Source: Eledone cirrhosa
Lineage: Eukaryota
Length of the DNA stretch: 64,000 bases
Reading direction: 5' to 3'
Assembly: GCA_964016885.1 (NCBI GenBank)
Contig: OZ024741.1
Location: forward strand, 71,858,001 to 71,922,000
The position numbers and the translations under genes are program-made. How positions within the stretch are numbered: position 1 is the first letter of the stretch; the number at the start of each line of letters is the position of its first letter. Below are positions 39,446-52,793 of the stretch, in pieces. The notes under the pieces were generated by a model that worked only from the letters and a program-made list of their open reading frames with translations, was not told the origin of the DNA and did not search any database.

Positions 39446-42400
39446 TTTATTATGCATCTTCATTGTACAACTGAGCACAGCTTTGTGTGTCTTGGGTACT
39501 TGCACTATTTTGTTTTCTAGTGTATTGAAGGTATTCTGTATGTGTAGAACCTATTATGATGATGATGATCATCATCATTTAATGTCCATTTCCCTGGTAT
39601 CACAGGTTAGATGGATCTTCAGAGTTAGTACTCAAATGGAGCTACTGACCTCTCAGATGGGCCAGGAGCCTGCATTTTGCTTCCATACCACTTCATGCAT
39701 TTTATCATGACATCAGTACTAGGAAAGATATCATGTTTTTCACACAGCTGAGGGGTCCTCTTGATCCTTTGTTTGGCAAGGTTTCTACAACTGGATGCCT
39801 TTTCTATCACCAACTACTTTACAGAGTGTACTGGGTGCATTTAGCATGTAGATTACCAACACAAGGGAGGAGGTTGTTTCGTTTTTGACACAACTTCTTC
39901 CAGCCCTATATTTGGCAAGGTTTCTACAACTGGCTGTCCTTCCTATCACCAACCACTTTAAACTAAGTATTGAGTGCGTTTATTGTGTAAATTATCAACA
40001 CTAGAGAAGTTGCTGTGTCAAAGACACAACTGATGTGTCCTTCCAAACCTTTTTATGGTTGGATGCCCTTCCACTTTACAATGTGTATCATGTAGATCCT
40101 CAATACTAGAGAGGTTGTCATGCCATTGACAAAACTGAATACTTTTGGCATGGTTTCTATAGCAGGATGGTCTTCCTACCGCCAACCACTCTACAGGGTC
40201 TATTGATTGCATATTTCATGGCACCGGCCATAGAGAGGTTGTCAGGCCTTTTTTCAACTAAATTAAGAGATCACTGCTCTGATATTACGGACATGTGGCT
40301 AGAATGTCTCAGGAAAGAGTCCCTGGACAGATTTTACTAGCAAAACCAACTGGCAGGAGACCCAAAGCATGATGGTCTCACTTGGGGATCCATTGGAGAC
40401 AGTTGCTTCTGACAGGACCCACTGGAAGGTGTGCTTGAGGACTCTGCTTCCATGACCCTCCCAGGAAGAAGTGGTGTCTAGTAGTGTTATATTATTATGC
40501 ATAAATTGCTGGCCTTGTGCCTTAGAAATCATTATTCTGAGTTTGAATCTTTCTTAGCTCATTAAACAATATATACTGTGATTTACATAAATGTTTAACC
40601 CTTTTGTGACTGTATTTCTAATGAATTACTTTATATTTTAATTAGTGAAGAATCAGAAATGGCTTTCTTAAAATCATTATTCCACTAAAGGCGGTGGATT
40701 GGCAGTATTGGTAGAGGGTCGGATGCCATGCTTTGCAGAATAGAGTTACGGCCCTTTACCGTCTGATTTCAAATCCCAAGGTTAGCTTTGCCTTTCATCC
40801 TTAAGGGGTCAATAAAATAAAGTACCAGTAATGCACTGGGATAATTGCTGTCCTTGTGCCAAAAGTAGAAACAATTATTTCACTAAGTATTTGTAACATA
40901 ATAAAATGTATTACATAAAATTATGTTGGAAAGTTTTAATTTAAATGGGAACCCTTTAAAATTGGTAATCGGGTACCATGGAAACAGAGGCAGTTTTTGG
41001 TTGGTTGGTATCAAAAGACTATTTTCCCTATAAACACTGTTTTTTGTTTGTCCCTCATACCTGCTTTACTTAAAGTTTTTTATTTTTCTAATCTAACAAC
41101 TATCTTAGCTAGTTGTTGATGGTAAATGCTTCTGACAACCCTGCACCTGCTTAACATCAAACCAACTTACCTGTATGTAATAATTCATTATAAATTTTTA
41201 GCTGAAATTATTTTCCAATATGCCCATAAGGAAATGAAACAATGTTTCCATTGCTGATACTATCTGCATGTGGAAGACAGTGGAATTTGAACTCAGAATA
41301 CACAGAGCTAGATCAGATACCACATAGCATCCTGTCATATACTTTAACCCTTTTATTACCAAACTGCCTCCGATTCTGTAATACAAAAATTCCATAATTT
41401 TATGTAAGAACATTTATATTCCAGACACCAGCTTAATAAGAAGAAATCCCTCCAACTTCTTGATTATTTTCAAAAATCAATTGAAAATCATATGGCAGTG
41501 TTTTTTTTTCAATAAGAAGTATGGTAATGAAAGAGTTAACAATTCTGCAAAACCCCTACTTTTAGATTGGTACTTTATTGATCACCCTGAAAAATTGAAG
41601 GCAAAATTGACCACGGCAGGATTTGAACTAGCAGTGAAATTGTCTCAAATCACCACCTACCACCTTAATAAAAGTAAGGAGACAAGACAATGTAGTCATA
41701 AATTTACAAAAGATGAGATGGTCATGACTGGAACATCTTTATTTATATGTCTACTTAATCAAGGTTGAGTTGGAGGTTAAACGATGACAACAACTGTAAG
41801 GTATTACTTGTATCTAATATGTGGAAGGTTTTTCTGGTCCTGTTTTTTATCTCCTACATTTACAAACAGGACTCTTTGTAGATATTCATCTTCTCGTTCA
41901 CCTACTTCCAACTTAGCAATTTCTCCATCACCTACTTCTATTGTGTACTTGGGATGTGTCTTTAAAGTTTCCCCATTAACCCATATAGCCTGAAACTGCC
42001 CATGATTCTATGATACAAAGGTGTTTATATTTAAGCACCTTTACATTATGTTCCAAATTAAAACTAAAAATGAAAGAAAATTACAAATGAGAATGACTTT
42101 GTAGTATGTACCATGCTTTCGCTAAGGGTTTTAGGTTCCCATGCAGTTGCAAGCAGACATGGATTCCATCTCAACTCTTTCTCCCTTGATTTGGTGGGAC
42201 ATTCAGCACTGTGCTGGTACGTTATTTATTGACCTCAAATGGATGAAAGGCAACGTGGACCTTGGTGGGATTTGAGCTCAGAGCACAAAGACCCAGAACA
42301 AATATCCCACACACTAATGATTGCTAAAATGACTGCCCATGTTCCAAACATCAGCTTATTAATGAGAATATTACTTACAAATTCTTGAATATTTTCAAAA

Positions 42401-43143
42401 TTACAGAGTGTTTCAGTTATGGTAACAAAAGGTTAATGCTATAAGATAAAAAGTACCAAACTAGCAAAGTTGTTAGAATGTCAAATTAATATGTTGCAGT
42501 AATAGTTGTTACTTGCAATCTGAGTTAAAATTCTACCAAGGTCAACTTTACCCTTTCGCTCTTTAAGGGTGGAGTTTGATAAATAACTACCAACCTAGGG
42601 TAGAGAATTGGTAAAATTATTACTGTATCAGATGTAATGTGTTGTGGTATCTCTTTCGATCCACTGTGTTCTGAGTTCACCTGTGATGACACTAGTGCCA
42701 AGCTGTATATTGGTCCTTGCCTTTCTCTTGGAATGATATAGGTGGTGTGGACATGTACAGGTAGTCTTCTAAAAATAAATTAAAAAAATTACGGGACCTG
42801 TGCCTTGAAGAGGGACTGTCAACATGTAGAGCAATGGTCTCACAAGATATATGAAGGCCCTGGATAAGAATTGAAACCTTGATGGTATCAGAAAATTCAA
42901 TGTAAAGATGATGACGATGACACTTACATATACATGTATGATTATATGTGTAAGTAATATATCTTCTGAGAGTATGAAGACAATAAAATAACAAAAAATA
43001 CAAAGAGAAAATGAACAAAAATATAAGGTAAATAAAATGTTAGTGTAAAATTGTTGTAATCATGTCTACATAGAGTTAATATATTTGAATTCCCTTTTAT
43101 CTAAAAAAAACAAAGAAAAATAATAATATTGATTTCTAATTTA

Positions 43144-43420
43144 GGCATGTGGTCTAGTGGTAAGGGTGTTGGAGTTACGATCATAATGTTGTGGGTTTGA
43201 TTCCTCGGTTGTGTGTTGTGTTCTTGAGCAAAACGCTTCATTTCACGTTGCTCCAGTATACTCAGCTGAAAATGAGTACTGGCAATAGTTGGGGGTTTAA
43301 TCCTGCGATGGACTGGCGTCCTGTCCAAAGCCCCCCTGTACTCTCAGTCGTTTCATGTCATGAAACCGGGATAAGCATCGGCTAAATGAGCCTTCTGGCT
43401 TAAGACAGACTTTAGACTTG
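43144..43420 (+). mobile_element. Second tRNA-derived SINE family (CORE-like central domain); tandem decayed copies at about 14040-14720
   Basis: ggcatgtggtctagtggtaaggg...gggtttgattcc...ttgtgttcttgagcaaaacgctt...ttgctccagt.tactcagctg.aaatgagt. Confidence 0.72.
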
Positions 43421-43569
43421 AGAATTTAGGCATATATACCTAACTACCAACCTCAATACTTCACTGGTACTCTATTTTATTAATCCCAGAAGGAAGGAAG
43501 CAAAGTTTACCTTAGCAGGATTTGAATACAGAATGTAGAAAGTTGTAATTAAATATTGCAAAGCCCTAA

Positions 43570-43790
43570 ATAATAATTCTTTCTAACATTGGCACAAGGC
43601 CAGCAATTTGGAGGAAGGGGAAAAGGTTGATTATATTAACCCCAGTACTTGATTGGTACTTTATTTTATTGACTTCGGAGAGATGAAAGGCAAAGTTAAC
43701 CTTGGTGGGATTTAAATTCAGAATGTAAAGAACCAGAAAAAAAAATACTGCAGGGAATTTTGCCTGATACTCAAATGATTCTGCAATCCA
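43570..43790 (-). mobile_element. SINE (same family); further minus copies at about 43455-43560 and 44255-44425
   Basis: Reverse complement of the family consensus. Confidence 0.8.
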
Positions 43791-43793
43791 CAA

Positions 43794-44245
43794 TCTTAAC
43801 TATAATAAAGAAAGGAGTGCGAGACTGCATCCAGAATATAATTTTTTATCCCGTTTGTAAAATAAGTTGGATCATTTTGAATAAATAATGAATGTACATA
43901 ATTTATCTGCTAAATTTCGTAGCTTTTGATTAAATATATTTTATTGCTTATTTAAAGATTCACTTCTTTAAAATTTTCAAATGTCAACACTTCCGGTTAG
44001 CGATCGCTTAAATAAACATCCGTCACTAATTTTCTCCTAATGCAGTTTATATATAATATCGTCTTTTTTAAATGTATCATGGATTACGTTACTGATTACA
44101 TAAGACAGTGTAACACAGTCTTCGTTCTATTTCTGTGTATATTGTCAATTACGATTTTATTTGATGTATCATATCTACATGCATGTATACTTGCGTATAA
44201 TATCAATATACACACTACACATGCTTCGGGTGGTTTTTCTGCTTG
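43794..44245 (+). mobile_element. Second copy of the same Helitron, 3' hairpin partly deleted
   Basis: High similarity to 44622-45079 across its length. TC start, ends gggtggtttttctgCTTG|t. Confidence 0.72.
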
Positions 44246-44621
44246 TGCTAATAATAATTGTTTCTACTTTTGGAACAAGGCCAGCAATTATCCCAGTGCA
44301 TTACTGGTACTTTATTTTATTGACACCGTGAGGATGAAAGGCAAAGTTAACCTTGGTGGCATTTGAACTCAGGCCATAACTCTATGTTGCAAAGCATGGC
44401 GTCTGACCCTCTACCGATAATGCCAAGGCACAAACCCTGCAATTTGTGAGGAAGGTAAAGTCAATTATACCACCTCCTGTATTTGACTGGTGCTTCATTT
44501 TATTGATCCTTAATAAGTATCAATGTATCAGTCATATTTTTTATTAGCAGAAATACTGTGATGACTTGCTATGACTCTCACAGGTGAAGTGCCTCACTGA
44601 TGGAGGTAGAGTTCCCTACCA

Positions 44622-45079
44622 TCTAAACTATAATAAAGTAAGGAGTACAGGGCTGTGTCCAGAATATATTTTTTTATCCCGTTTGTTGGAATACTTTGAA
44701 TAAATAATGAATGAATATTACACAATTTATCTAGTAAATTTCGTTATTCTTGATTAAATATAAATAATTTTGTCGCTTATTTTAAGATTCACTTCTTTAA
44801 AATTTTCAAATGTCAACACTTCTGGTTAGTGATCGCTTAAATAAACATTCATATATTTCCGTCACTAATTTTCCCCTAGTCTTTTTTTAATGTATCATGG
44901 ATTACGTTACTGATTACATAAGACAGTGTAACACAGTCTTCATTCCATTTCTGTGTATATTGGCAATTACGATTTTATTTGATGTATCATATCTACATGC
45001 ATGTATGCTTGCGTATAATATCAATATGCACACTACACATGCTAGCTGAAAACCACCCGAAGGGTGGTTTTTCTGCTAG
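44622..45079 (+). mobile_element. Non-autonomous Helitron
   Basis: a|TCTAAACTATAATAAAG start, subterminal hairpin gaaaaccacc cgaa gggtggttttt, then CTAG|t. Inserted between A and T with no TSD. Confidence 0.78.
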
Positions 45080-45529
45080 TTGACCTAATGATTGGTTCCT
45101 CCACTAGGCGAACAAGCACTGAAAACTGAGACAACTGTTTATTGGTGTTCACTATTCAGCACAATCACCATTCCCGCTCCCCAAATGATTCTTTGCGTAA
45201 CTCTGCACAGGTGGCTGCCAGGTACTATGCCTTGCCTAAGGGCAACTTGGGATTTGGTCCAGAACTGCTTATTCAATATATTCTCAGCTCTCTTTCATAT
45301 CTAAAGGTTGTTTCTCTATCCCTCACCTGAGGATCCTGTGTTATGGGAGTTATCTTCTCCACAACAAAGACCTATTCTCCATTAATACTGGAGTCCACCA
45401 GGGAGATCCTCTGATCCTTTTCCTTTTTGTGATGACTTCTTACACCTTTGCAATTCCATGAACACAGAGCATGATTAGGCAAGCCATGGGGGGCTTTCAA
45501 CTCCGTATTGAAAGTGTGGATATCTCTGA

Positions 45530-45990
45530 CCCAGAAAACAATGAACATGAGGCTATTCAAAGCAACGGTTGAGTCCATTCTCCTCTATGGATGTGAGTCA
45601 TAGATATTAACATAACATAACACTCACAAAGAAAATTAATGGCTCATTCACGTAAATGCTGAGAAAGATCCAGAGCATCTCCTGGAAAATACCTGTAGCA
45701 AATAAATGACTATGTTTCACACCCTTGACGTTCTGACATCATAAGGCAATGGAGGTTCACATTAGCCGGACATGTGAAATGTCACAATAAACCTGCTGGC
45801 AGAGTTCTTTTCTGGAAACCTGATGTGTGCAGACAAGTTGGGAGACCAACCACCACACTGATGGATATTTGTGAAGATGACACTGTGTTGGAGGCAAGGG
45901 AACTTCAGGTAGCAATGCTGGACACAATGAATTAAAGGAGGAACTTCATGGCACACGTAACGGATGTGTAGATGACGAATAATAATAAGT
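45530..45990 (+). mobile_element. Degenerate non-LTR retrotransposon 3' fragment (different RTE-like family)
   Basis: MRLFKATVESILLYGCES...MLRKIQSISWK...AGH remnant, ending in (AAT)n. Confidence 0.55.
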
Positions 45991-48324
45991 ATTATAATTA
46001 AAAACAAAGAAAAAAAAAACATACACACAAAACTTTCATTCCTTGCTTTGGTCACAAACATACTCTAACTACTCACTGCAGAACTTAAAGATCATCAGAG
46101 AATCATCAAGCATTGTTTCCTTGGTCCGAATTGATGAATTCCACCCCACTCAGTATGAGAATGAAGTCTGGGATCTTGTCAATTAATCGATTGATTATTA
46201 TTATAATGGTTTAAATCTTTTTTTTTTACAATGTATTGCAGGATATAATGTTTTTCTCACAGTTTTAAAAAAATGCAGAAACAGTTGTATTTAGAAAACA
46301 TAGGCTTGCTATAGTTAAAGGGAGTAGTGGTTCTCTTCCTTAGCTACAATGATGAGTTTTGTTAGTTCTTCCATTAACAGAAACATCTACTCATTATAAA
46401 GAAGTGGCTGAGTATTCCAGATACTAGTGTCATTATCACTATAAGCTCTTCTCATACCAAACTGCCTGTTTTTATGATACAAAGTTCTTTGTTTGAAGTG
46501 TTCAGATTTGAATTTAAATTTTCCATAATAATTCTATGTAAGAACCTTTGTTATGCTATGTTCTAAACACCACTTCATGGAAAAAGTTAGTTATATTACC
46601 AAATCTCTATAAATTTTTGGTTATTTTCAAAATTAACTGCAAATCATAGGCAGTGTATTTCACTAGAAATATTTCAATGAAAGAGTTGAAGTGTTGATAT
46701 TTATCTAAAAACCTACAATCATAATTTTATTTAAGAACCCTTTTAAGTTATGTTCTAAAGCACCAGCTTAATAATGAAAATAGTTATTTTACTAAATCTG
46801 TATAAATTCTTGGTTATTTTCAAAATTAATTGAAAATGATAGCAACAAAATAGGTGGACCATGTGTGACAAGGCTTGACCTATTGAATAGTTAATTTGAT
46901 GAATTTTAAGTTTCTGTGTCCAGTTTTATTCACAAGGTGTTGGGGCAAACAATGACTATGGTAGCAGATACTTGACCATAGTTCTACAGCAGAATCAAAC
47001 CTGGGATTTCATGACTGTGAAGCATGCTTTTTAACTGTTTGATCTTGCCTATGACCATCAGCAGTATTGGGTTGACTTTTAATATTTTTTATATTCACTC
47101 ATCCAAAATAGGCTCTGGTTTTTAACTTAAAAGGTTCCCATTTAAATAAAAAATCTTACAGAATAATTTTATAAGAACAATATGTTAAGTTGCTATGTTT
47201 CTAATGAAATAATTTTAGTAAATCCCTAAAAATTTAAAAATTCTTCATTCACCCTTTTTGATACCAATCCAGCCAATATTGGCTCTGGTTCTATGAAACA
47301 AAATTATCCATTTTAAAAGGTTTTTCATTTAAAATAAAAAATCTTTTGGCATAATTGTATATAAAAATGATGTTAAGTTACTATCTTAAAAATGAAATAA
47401 TGAATACCTTTAGTAAATTCTTCATTAATTAATTGAAATAGAGCATATTTAATTAAGAATATGGTCATGAAAGGGTTGCTAGCTGTAAGTAAAAGAATCC
47501 AGTGATACCTATGCATATGAGAGCTTGTTATCTGAGAAAGTAAACATCCATTGTGATTACTGCTTTGTTCCTTCATTAAATACTGGGAAATTAAAGAGGT
47601 TTTCTAACCAATATTTTATGAGGTAGAAAAAGTATGTCTGTGTGTATGAATATCAACCAAGTTCCCTGTGTGTGTTCATCATAGCATTTCAGTGGCCTTT
47701 AATAATGCTTGGTGGTACCCATCTCTTCTCCATATATAAATATAATCAATCAGGATCCCGCAGCTGGTGACCAGTCATTGGGGTACCACACTAATAGTTT
47801 GACTGCTCATCATGGCATTTAAATGGCCCTTAGAAATGCTTGGCAGTACTTATCACCTCTCAAATATGTGTGTATTCCTGTATAAAAAAGGAAAGAAACT
47901 GATCTTCAGACCAAGTTTCCATTAGCTTTTCCTTTGCTGATACAATCTGCCAGTTGCAACTCCTGACAAGAGTTGGGATTTGGACTCAGATTGCACAGAA
48001 TTGGATGAGATGCTACAAAGAATCCTGTTCATCTCTTTAACAATTCTGCCTATTCACAGCCCTTAGACTGGTACTTTTATTTATCAACTCCCTAAAAGGA
48101 TGGAAGGAAAAGTTGAATTTGGTGGGATTTAAACTAAGTGTGCAGAGAACCAGAATGAATCCCAATGCATAATTTCCAACCCTTCAATGACTATATGTAT
48201 CTGTGTGTGTGGAGACATGTTTAATACATACGTATATATACATATATATACACACTTTTTTGATTTGAAAATGATTTGTATAAGTTTTTCATGTTTATTA
48301 CAAGAACACCTTGATGTAAAAAAA

Positions 48325-48345
48325 AAATATATATATATCATATCA

Positions 48346-48380
<35 letters not shown>

Positions 48381-48421
48381 TTACATATATATATACACAT
48401 ACAGATATATATATATATATT

Positions 48422-48455
<34 letters not shown>

Positions 48456-48620
48456 AATACATATATATATACACACATATATATATATATACACATATAC
48501 ATATATACACACACACATATATATATACACACACACATATATATATACACACACATATACATATATATAAATATATATATATAGATACATATACACATAT
48601 ATATATATATAGATACATAT

Positions 48621-48655
<35 letters not shown>

Positions 48656-48672
48656 CGTATATATATATGTAT
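48325..48672. repeat. Compound (TA)n/(CA)n microsatellite
   Basis: Seen directly. Confidence 0.95.
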
Positions 48673-49160
48673 AATTTCAATTTCACATCTGGAAGTTTAA
48701 AAAAAAGGTAAAAATAACAAACAAAATGATTCAATTTTGTCCCCTCCCTCCCCTACTGACCCCCCCATCCCCCAATTATTACAATTTTGGAAGTGAGAGA
48801 AGTCAAAAAAGTGATGAAATGTTTCAGAAACAATAAAAAAAATAGTATCCATGACTCTTTAGGGGATAGGGAAGAGGCTTGAGGGGGAGAGCAAGGGGTC
48901 ACATGACTTTAGTCCATTTTATTTGATTTTTATTAATTTTTTTCATTTTTAAATTGTTTATTTGTTTTATTTAAATGGTTTGGGCAGAAATACATTTTTT
49001 TTAATACTGTAATGAATTTATTTATTCAACTTTTGTTTATATATATATATATATATATTTTTAGATATATGTTTCATATAATTTTAATGCCCCATTTTAT
49101 TATCATTATGATTATTATTATGAATAGTTTTCTTTTTGGTTTGATTTTTGTTTTTGTTTG

Positions 49161-51801
49161 TTATACACTTGTTTCTTTTTTGAATTTACTTGTTAAACTA
49201 TCCTGTCTTTGAGGTAACCAAACATTGTCTAGACTTTCAGAGTCGGAACTTGAGGCAGAATCATCATCATCGTCGTCGTCATCATCCTCTGCCAGCTTTG
49301 TGACACCTCGACCACGTGTCCTCCGATGTTCGTAAGAACTGAATGAACGAGGGAACCAGTACAAGTTACTCCTCACGTCATTCTGACTCTCCTCTGCCAA
49401 CTCCCCATCTTCTTCGCACTTCTTCAGCAGTTTCTGGATTACCTTTTCCTGATAAGAATGGTTCACGTAAGCATATGGAACTTTTGGCGGACGATTTTTG
49501 AACTGTTCGTCCCAGCCGAGCGAATGTTGCTTGGAGAGACGTGAATGTCTGTGAGTATTTCGGTGACGACGCTGATGAGTTGGGTCGGAATGGTGGTCCG
49601 AATCATGACTTTTGGCAGAGTGTTTTGCACACTGGATCTGACTGTCCGACTCATGAAACACAAACTGATTGTCGTTCAGCTGTTTGTTGTTGTTGTTGTT
49701 GCTGCTGCTGCAGTTGTTCTCGTCAGAATCACATTTGCAGCTGATATGATTGGGGGAGTGGGCACGTTGTTGTTGTTGCTGGTGGTGGTGGTTGTTAGTG
49801 TACGGTGGCAATTGAGAAGGGGGATCAGTCTTTGATGGCTGGCCTTGCTGATTGTGATGATGGTGGTGATGATGATGGTGATGGTGATGATGGTGTTGTT
49901 GCAGCTGGTTGGCAAGGCCACCACTACCACTGCTCAAATCACCATCCTCACCAGTTTTGTTGCTGCACACAAAATCTGCAGACTTATTGTTATTTTCTAG
50001 ATGGGGGGGAGGCAGATAGAAATTCTGTCGTGGTGGTCCAAAAGGCGCATTTTGGTTATTTTTATCTATTGGCAATGGAGGACACTCATTGTTTGATGTT
50101 AGATGATTCTCTTTCACCAGATCTGGAGGATTGGCTAATGTAGCAGGCTGAAGACCTTGAGCTAGTGACAGGCCCTTTGCTGAGTCCTTGTTGCTATTTT
50201 GAAAGGCAGAATTATGAACAGGTTCAGGTGGCAAGTATCCTTGAAGAACATGATTTTCAGGGCATTCCACATTACCACTTCTGTCAGCACTCACCTCGCT
50301 CTGGCCATCGAAGTCTCGTAACCTCGGAACAGAGCCATCCCTCACCATGTACTCATTTGGTTGACCCTCATTTTCGACTGCTTTCCCAATTTTTGGTAAT
50401 GTGTTGCAGCGTTTCGGTTGAACAGGAGTGAATGCACTTGAATGTTGATAGGAACTGAGAGATGATGCTCCAGGAGAATGACAAGGAGGTAACGTTTGAG
50501 AGCCAGATGGAGATATAAAGCTACACGAAGGACTGGCTGTTATTGTTTCTGGAGATGTAGGGCCTCCCACTGGAGGTATTTGGTTTCTGTCTAATGGCAG
50601 AGAGGGAAATAATGGTGGAGAAGGTTCATGGATGTTGAGGGGTAATTGATTTGGTACTTTCCCAGGGACAGCTTGTTTTTGAAGGCCAACACCACCATTC
50701 TTAATGTCATCTGCATTTGCTTGGATCTGAATTTCAATACTCCAGTGAGTATTGGCATCAGAGCTGGTGCAGTGACTGTAACGTTTGGTAGGATCATCGA
50801 AGTTGACAGAATTGAAATCACTGATGTCCTTGTTGATTTCTTTGTTTATCAACTTCAGATGATTGTGTCGGTTCTTCTCCCAGAACTTCTTAGCTACACC
50901 GTTTTGTCGAGGGTTGTAAAAATTGGGGTAAGGTGTTTCATGTGCACTGCTCACTGATCCATCGGTAAATGTGGCTGGTTGTATGGGGACAAGGTTAATC
51001 TGTTTGATAGGCCTGTCAACGACCTTCATTTTGTTACTACGTTCATTGTTGTACATTTTCCCGGTTAGTGACTCTCCGTCCACACTGCTCCCTGACCGCA
51101 CATGTCCATTGATATGTGTCATGTGATTGACATTCGGTGGTGTGATGCGAGCAATTTCTACTTCATCTTTCTCACAGCAGAAAAATCGTCTCCAACAGTC
51201 TCGTGAATCATCTCGTAAAAGACAGAAGAAGCCAACAAGAAATCCACCCAGTATAATACTGGATAATCCATAAAGATAACTGAAGATTATCTCTTGTTTT
51301 GGGATGATGGCTCGAAATGGTTGTGCCACAGCAAAAGCAGCACACACCCACGCAACGATGAATAAAAACAGGAAGGTTACTAAAGCTCTCAGTTGTGTGA
51401 TAGGTCGACGTTCCTCGTCTAATATGCTAGATATGCTGGAAATGTTGCTGTCATCTGAATGGATAGAGCGATTGTCTGGCTGGTGTCTGCTACCACTAAC
51501 ACTACTACCTCCACGATGGTGGTTGTTTACATGCAATGGTATACTGGGCGGAGCTTGGTGAGGTTGGTTTGTATTATTGTTGTGGTGATGATGATGATGA
51601 TGTGGGTGAATGTGCTCCTGGTTTGGTGAGAGCTCAATTTCATTGACGTGCAGCTCCTCTGTCTCTTCTGAGTAGCTGGGATTGGCTGATGATCCTCGAA
51701 TAACACAAGAAATCCTCAGGAAGTAGACAAGGTTAATTCCAACCAGTAAGGCTACTGGTCCATAGAATGCTCCAAGACCAGGATCCCAGGATAGATAACA
51801 A
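49161..51801 (-). CDS. ADGRA-like (GPR124/GPR125) adhesion GPCR, terminal exon: TM5-TM7 and long C-tail ending KETSV
   Basis: atttttcAG acceptor at 51803-51802. CYLSWDPGLGAFYGPVALLVGINLVYFLRIS... is in frame with the 791-aa ORF. TM6 LRALVTFLFLFIVAWVCAAFAVA, TM7 IFSYLYGLSSIILGGFLVGFFCLL, class I PDZ-binding end ETSV, stop TAA at 49163-49161. Confidence 0.93.
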
Positions 51802-52565
51802 CTGAAAAATAAAGTAAATCATTTAATATTTAGAGAACGAACAAAAATAAGCTGATTTTATAGCATTTGATATTCATATAATTACACACACACAAAAAAA
51901 TACATACATATATATACATACATACACACATACATATTTATATCAATATTATCAACACTGATCTAGTGATCATCGTAATCCACAAAGGAGGAAGTGTTAA
52001 ATATTTGTAATAGCGTAACATGAATAAATCAACTTATATGTATGAATATGAATGACCACAAAGATAGTACCATTTTTTCATATATTAATTAATTCAATAA
52101 ACTGCATTATGTGCATTTCTGGATCCCCCACACTACAAGACAATACACTGCTTATCACTATAAATGGTAACTCAGTGCAATTCACAGATTACTACTACAA
52201 ACCCAAAGTTCACTCACCACATAAACTTCATCTGTCCCCTCTCTACCTCTCTCTCTACATCCATTACACTCTCTCTCTCTCTCTCGCCTACCTCCCTCCC
52301 TCTCCACGTCTATGAACCTGCCCTCTGGGGCAATAAATAATTCCGACCTTAACTATCAACGCATCTCTCCAAAAGTAACCAGTATAATAAAACCCCTACC
52401 ATAACATTTTGATTAAGATATCTACAAACCACTCTCTCCTACTTCTCCAACCCCTGCATATCTTTCTCTCTCTCTCCCTCTCCCCTACTTTTCTCTCTTC
52501 CTTTTCTACTCTATCTTCCCCAACAACCCCACTTAAGGGTATTTACATTGTACATTTTACCATTC

Positions 52566-52677
52566 TGCTCTGAGGATACAGTGGTTACAGCATTGGATAT
52601 TTGAGTTCTGCAAATACTTGTAAATTTGCACATAGCATAACTAGGCTGTAGTACCACTGTGGAAACATTTGTAAGCA
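52566..52677 (+). ncRNA. Type I hammerhead motif with long stem II
   Basis: tgct-CTGAGGA-tacagtggt tacagc...gctgta gt accactgtg-GAAA-catttg-TA-agca. Confidence 0.8.
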
Positions 52678-52725
52678 CACGGAATAAATTACCTTTTTAT
52701 GATGTCTACCTGTTATTATTCATTC

Positions 52726-52791
<66 letters not shown>

Positions 52792-52793
<2 letters not shown>

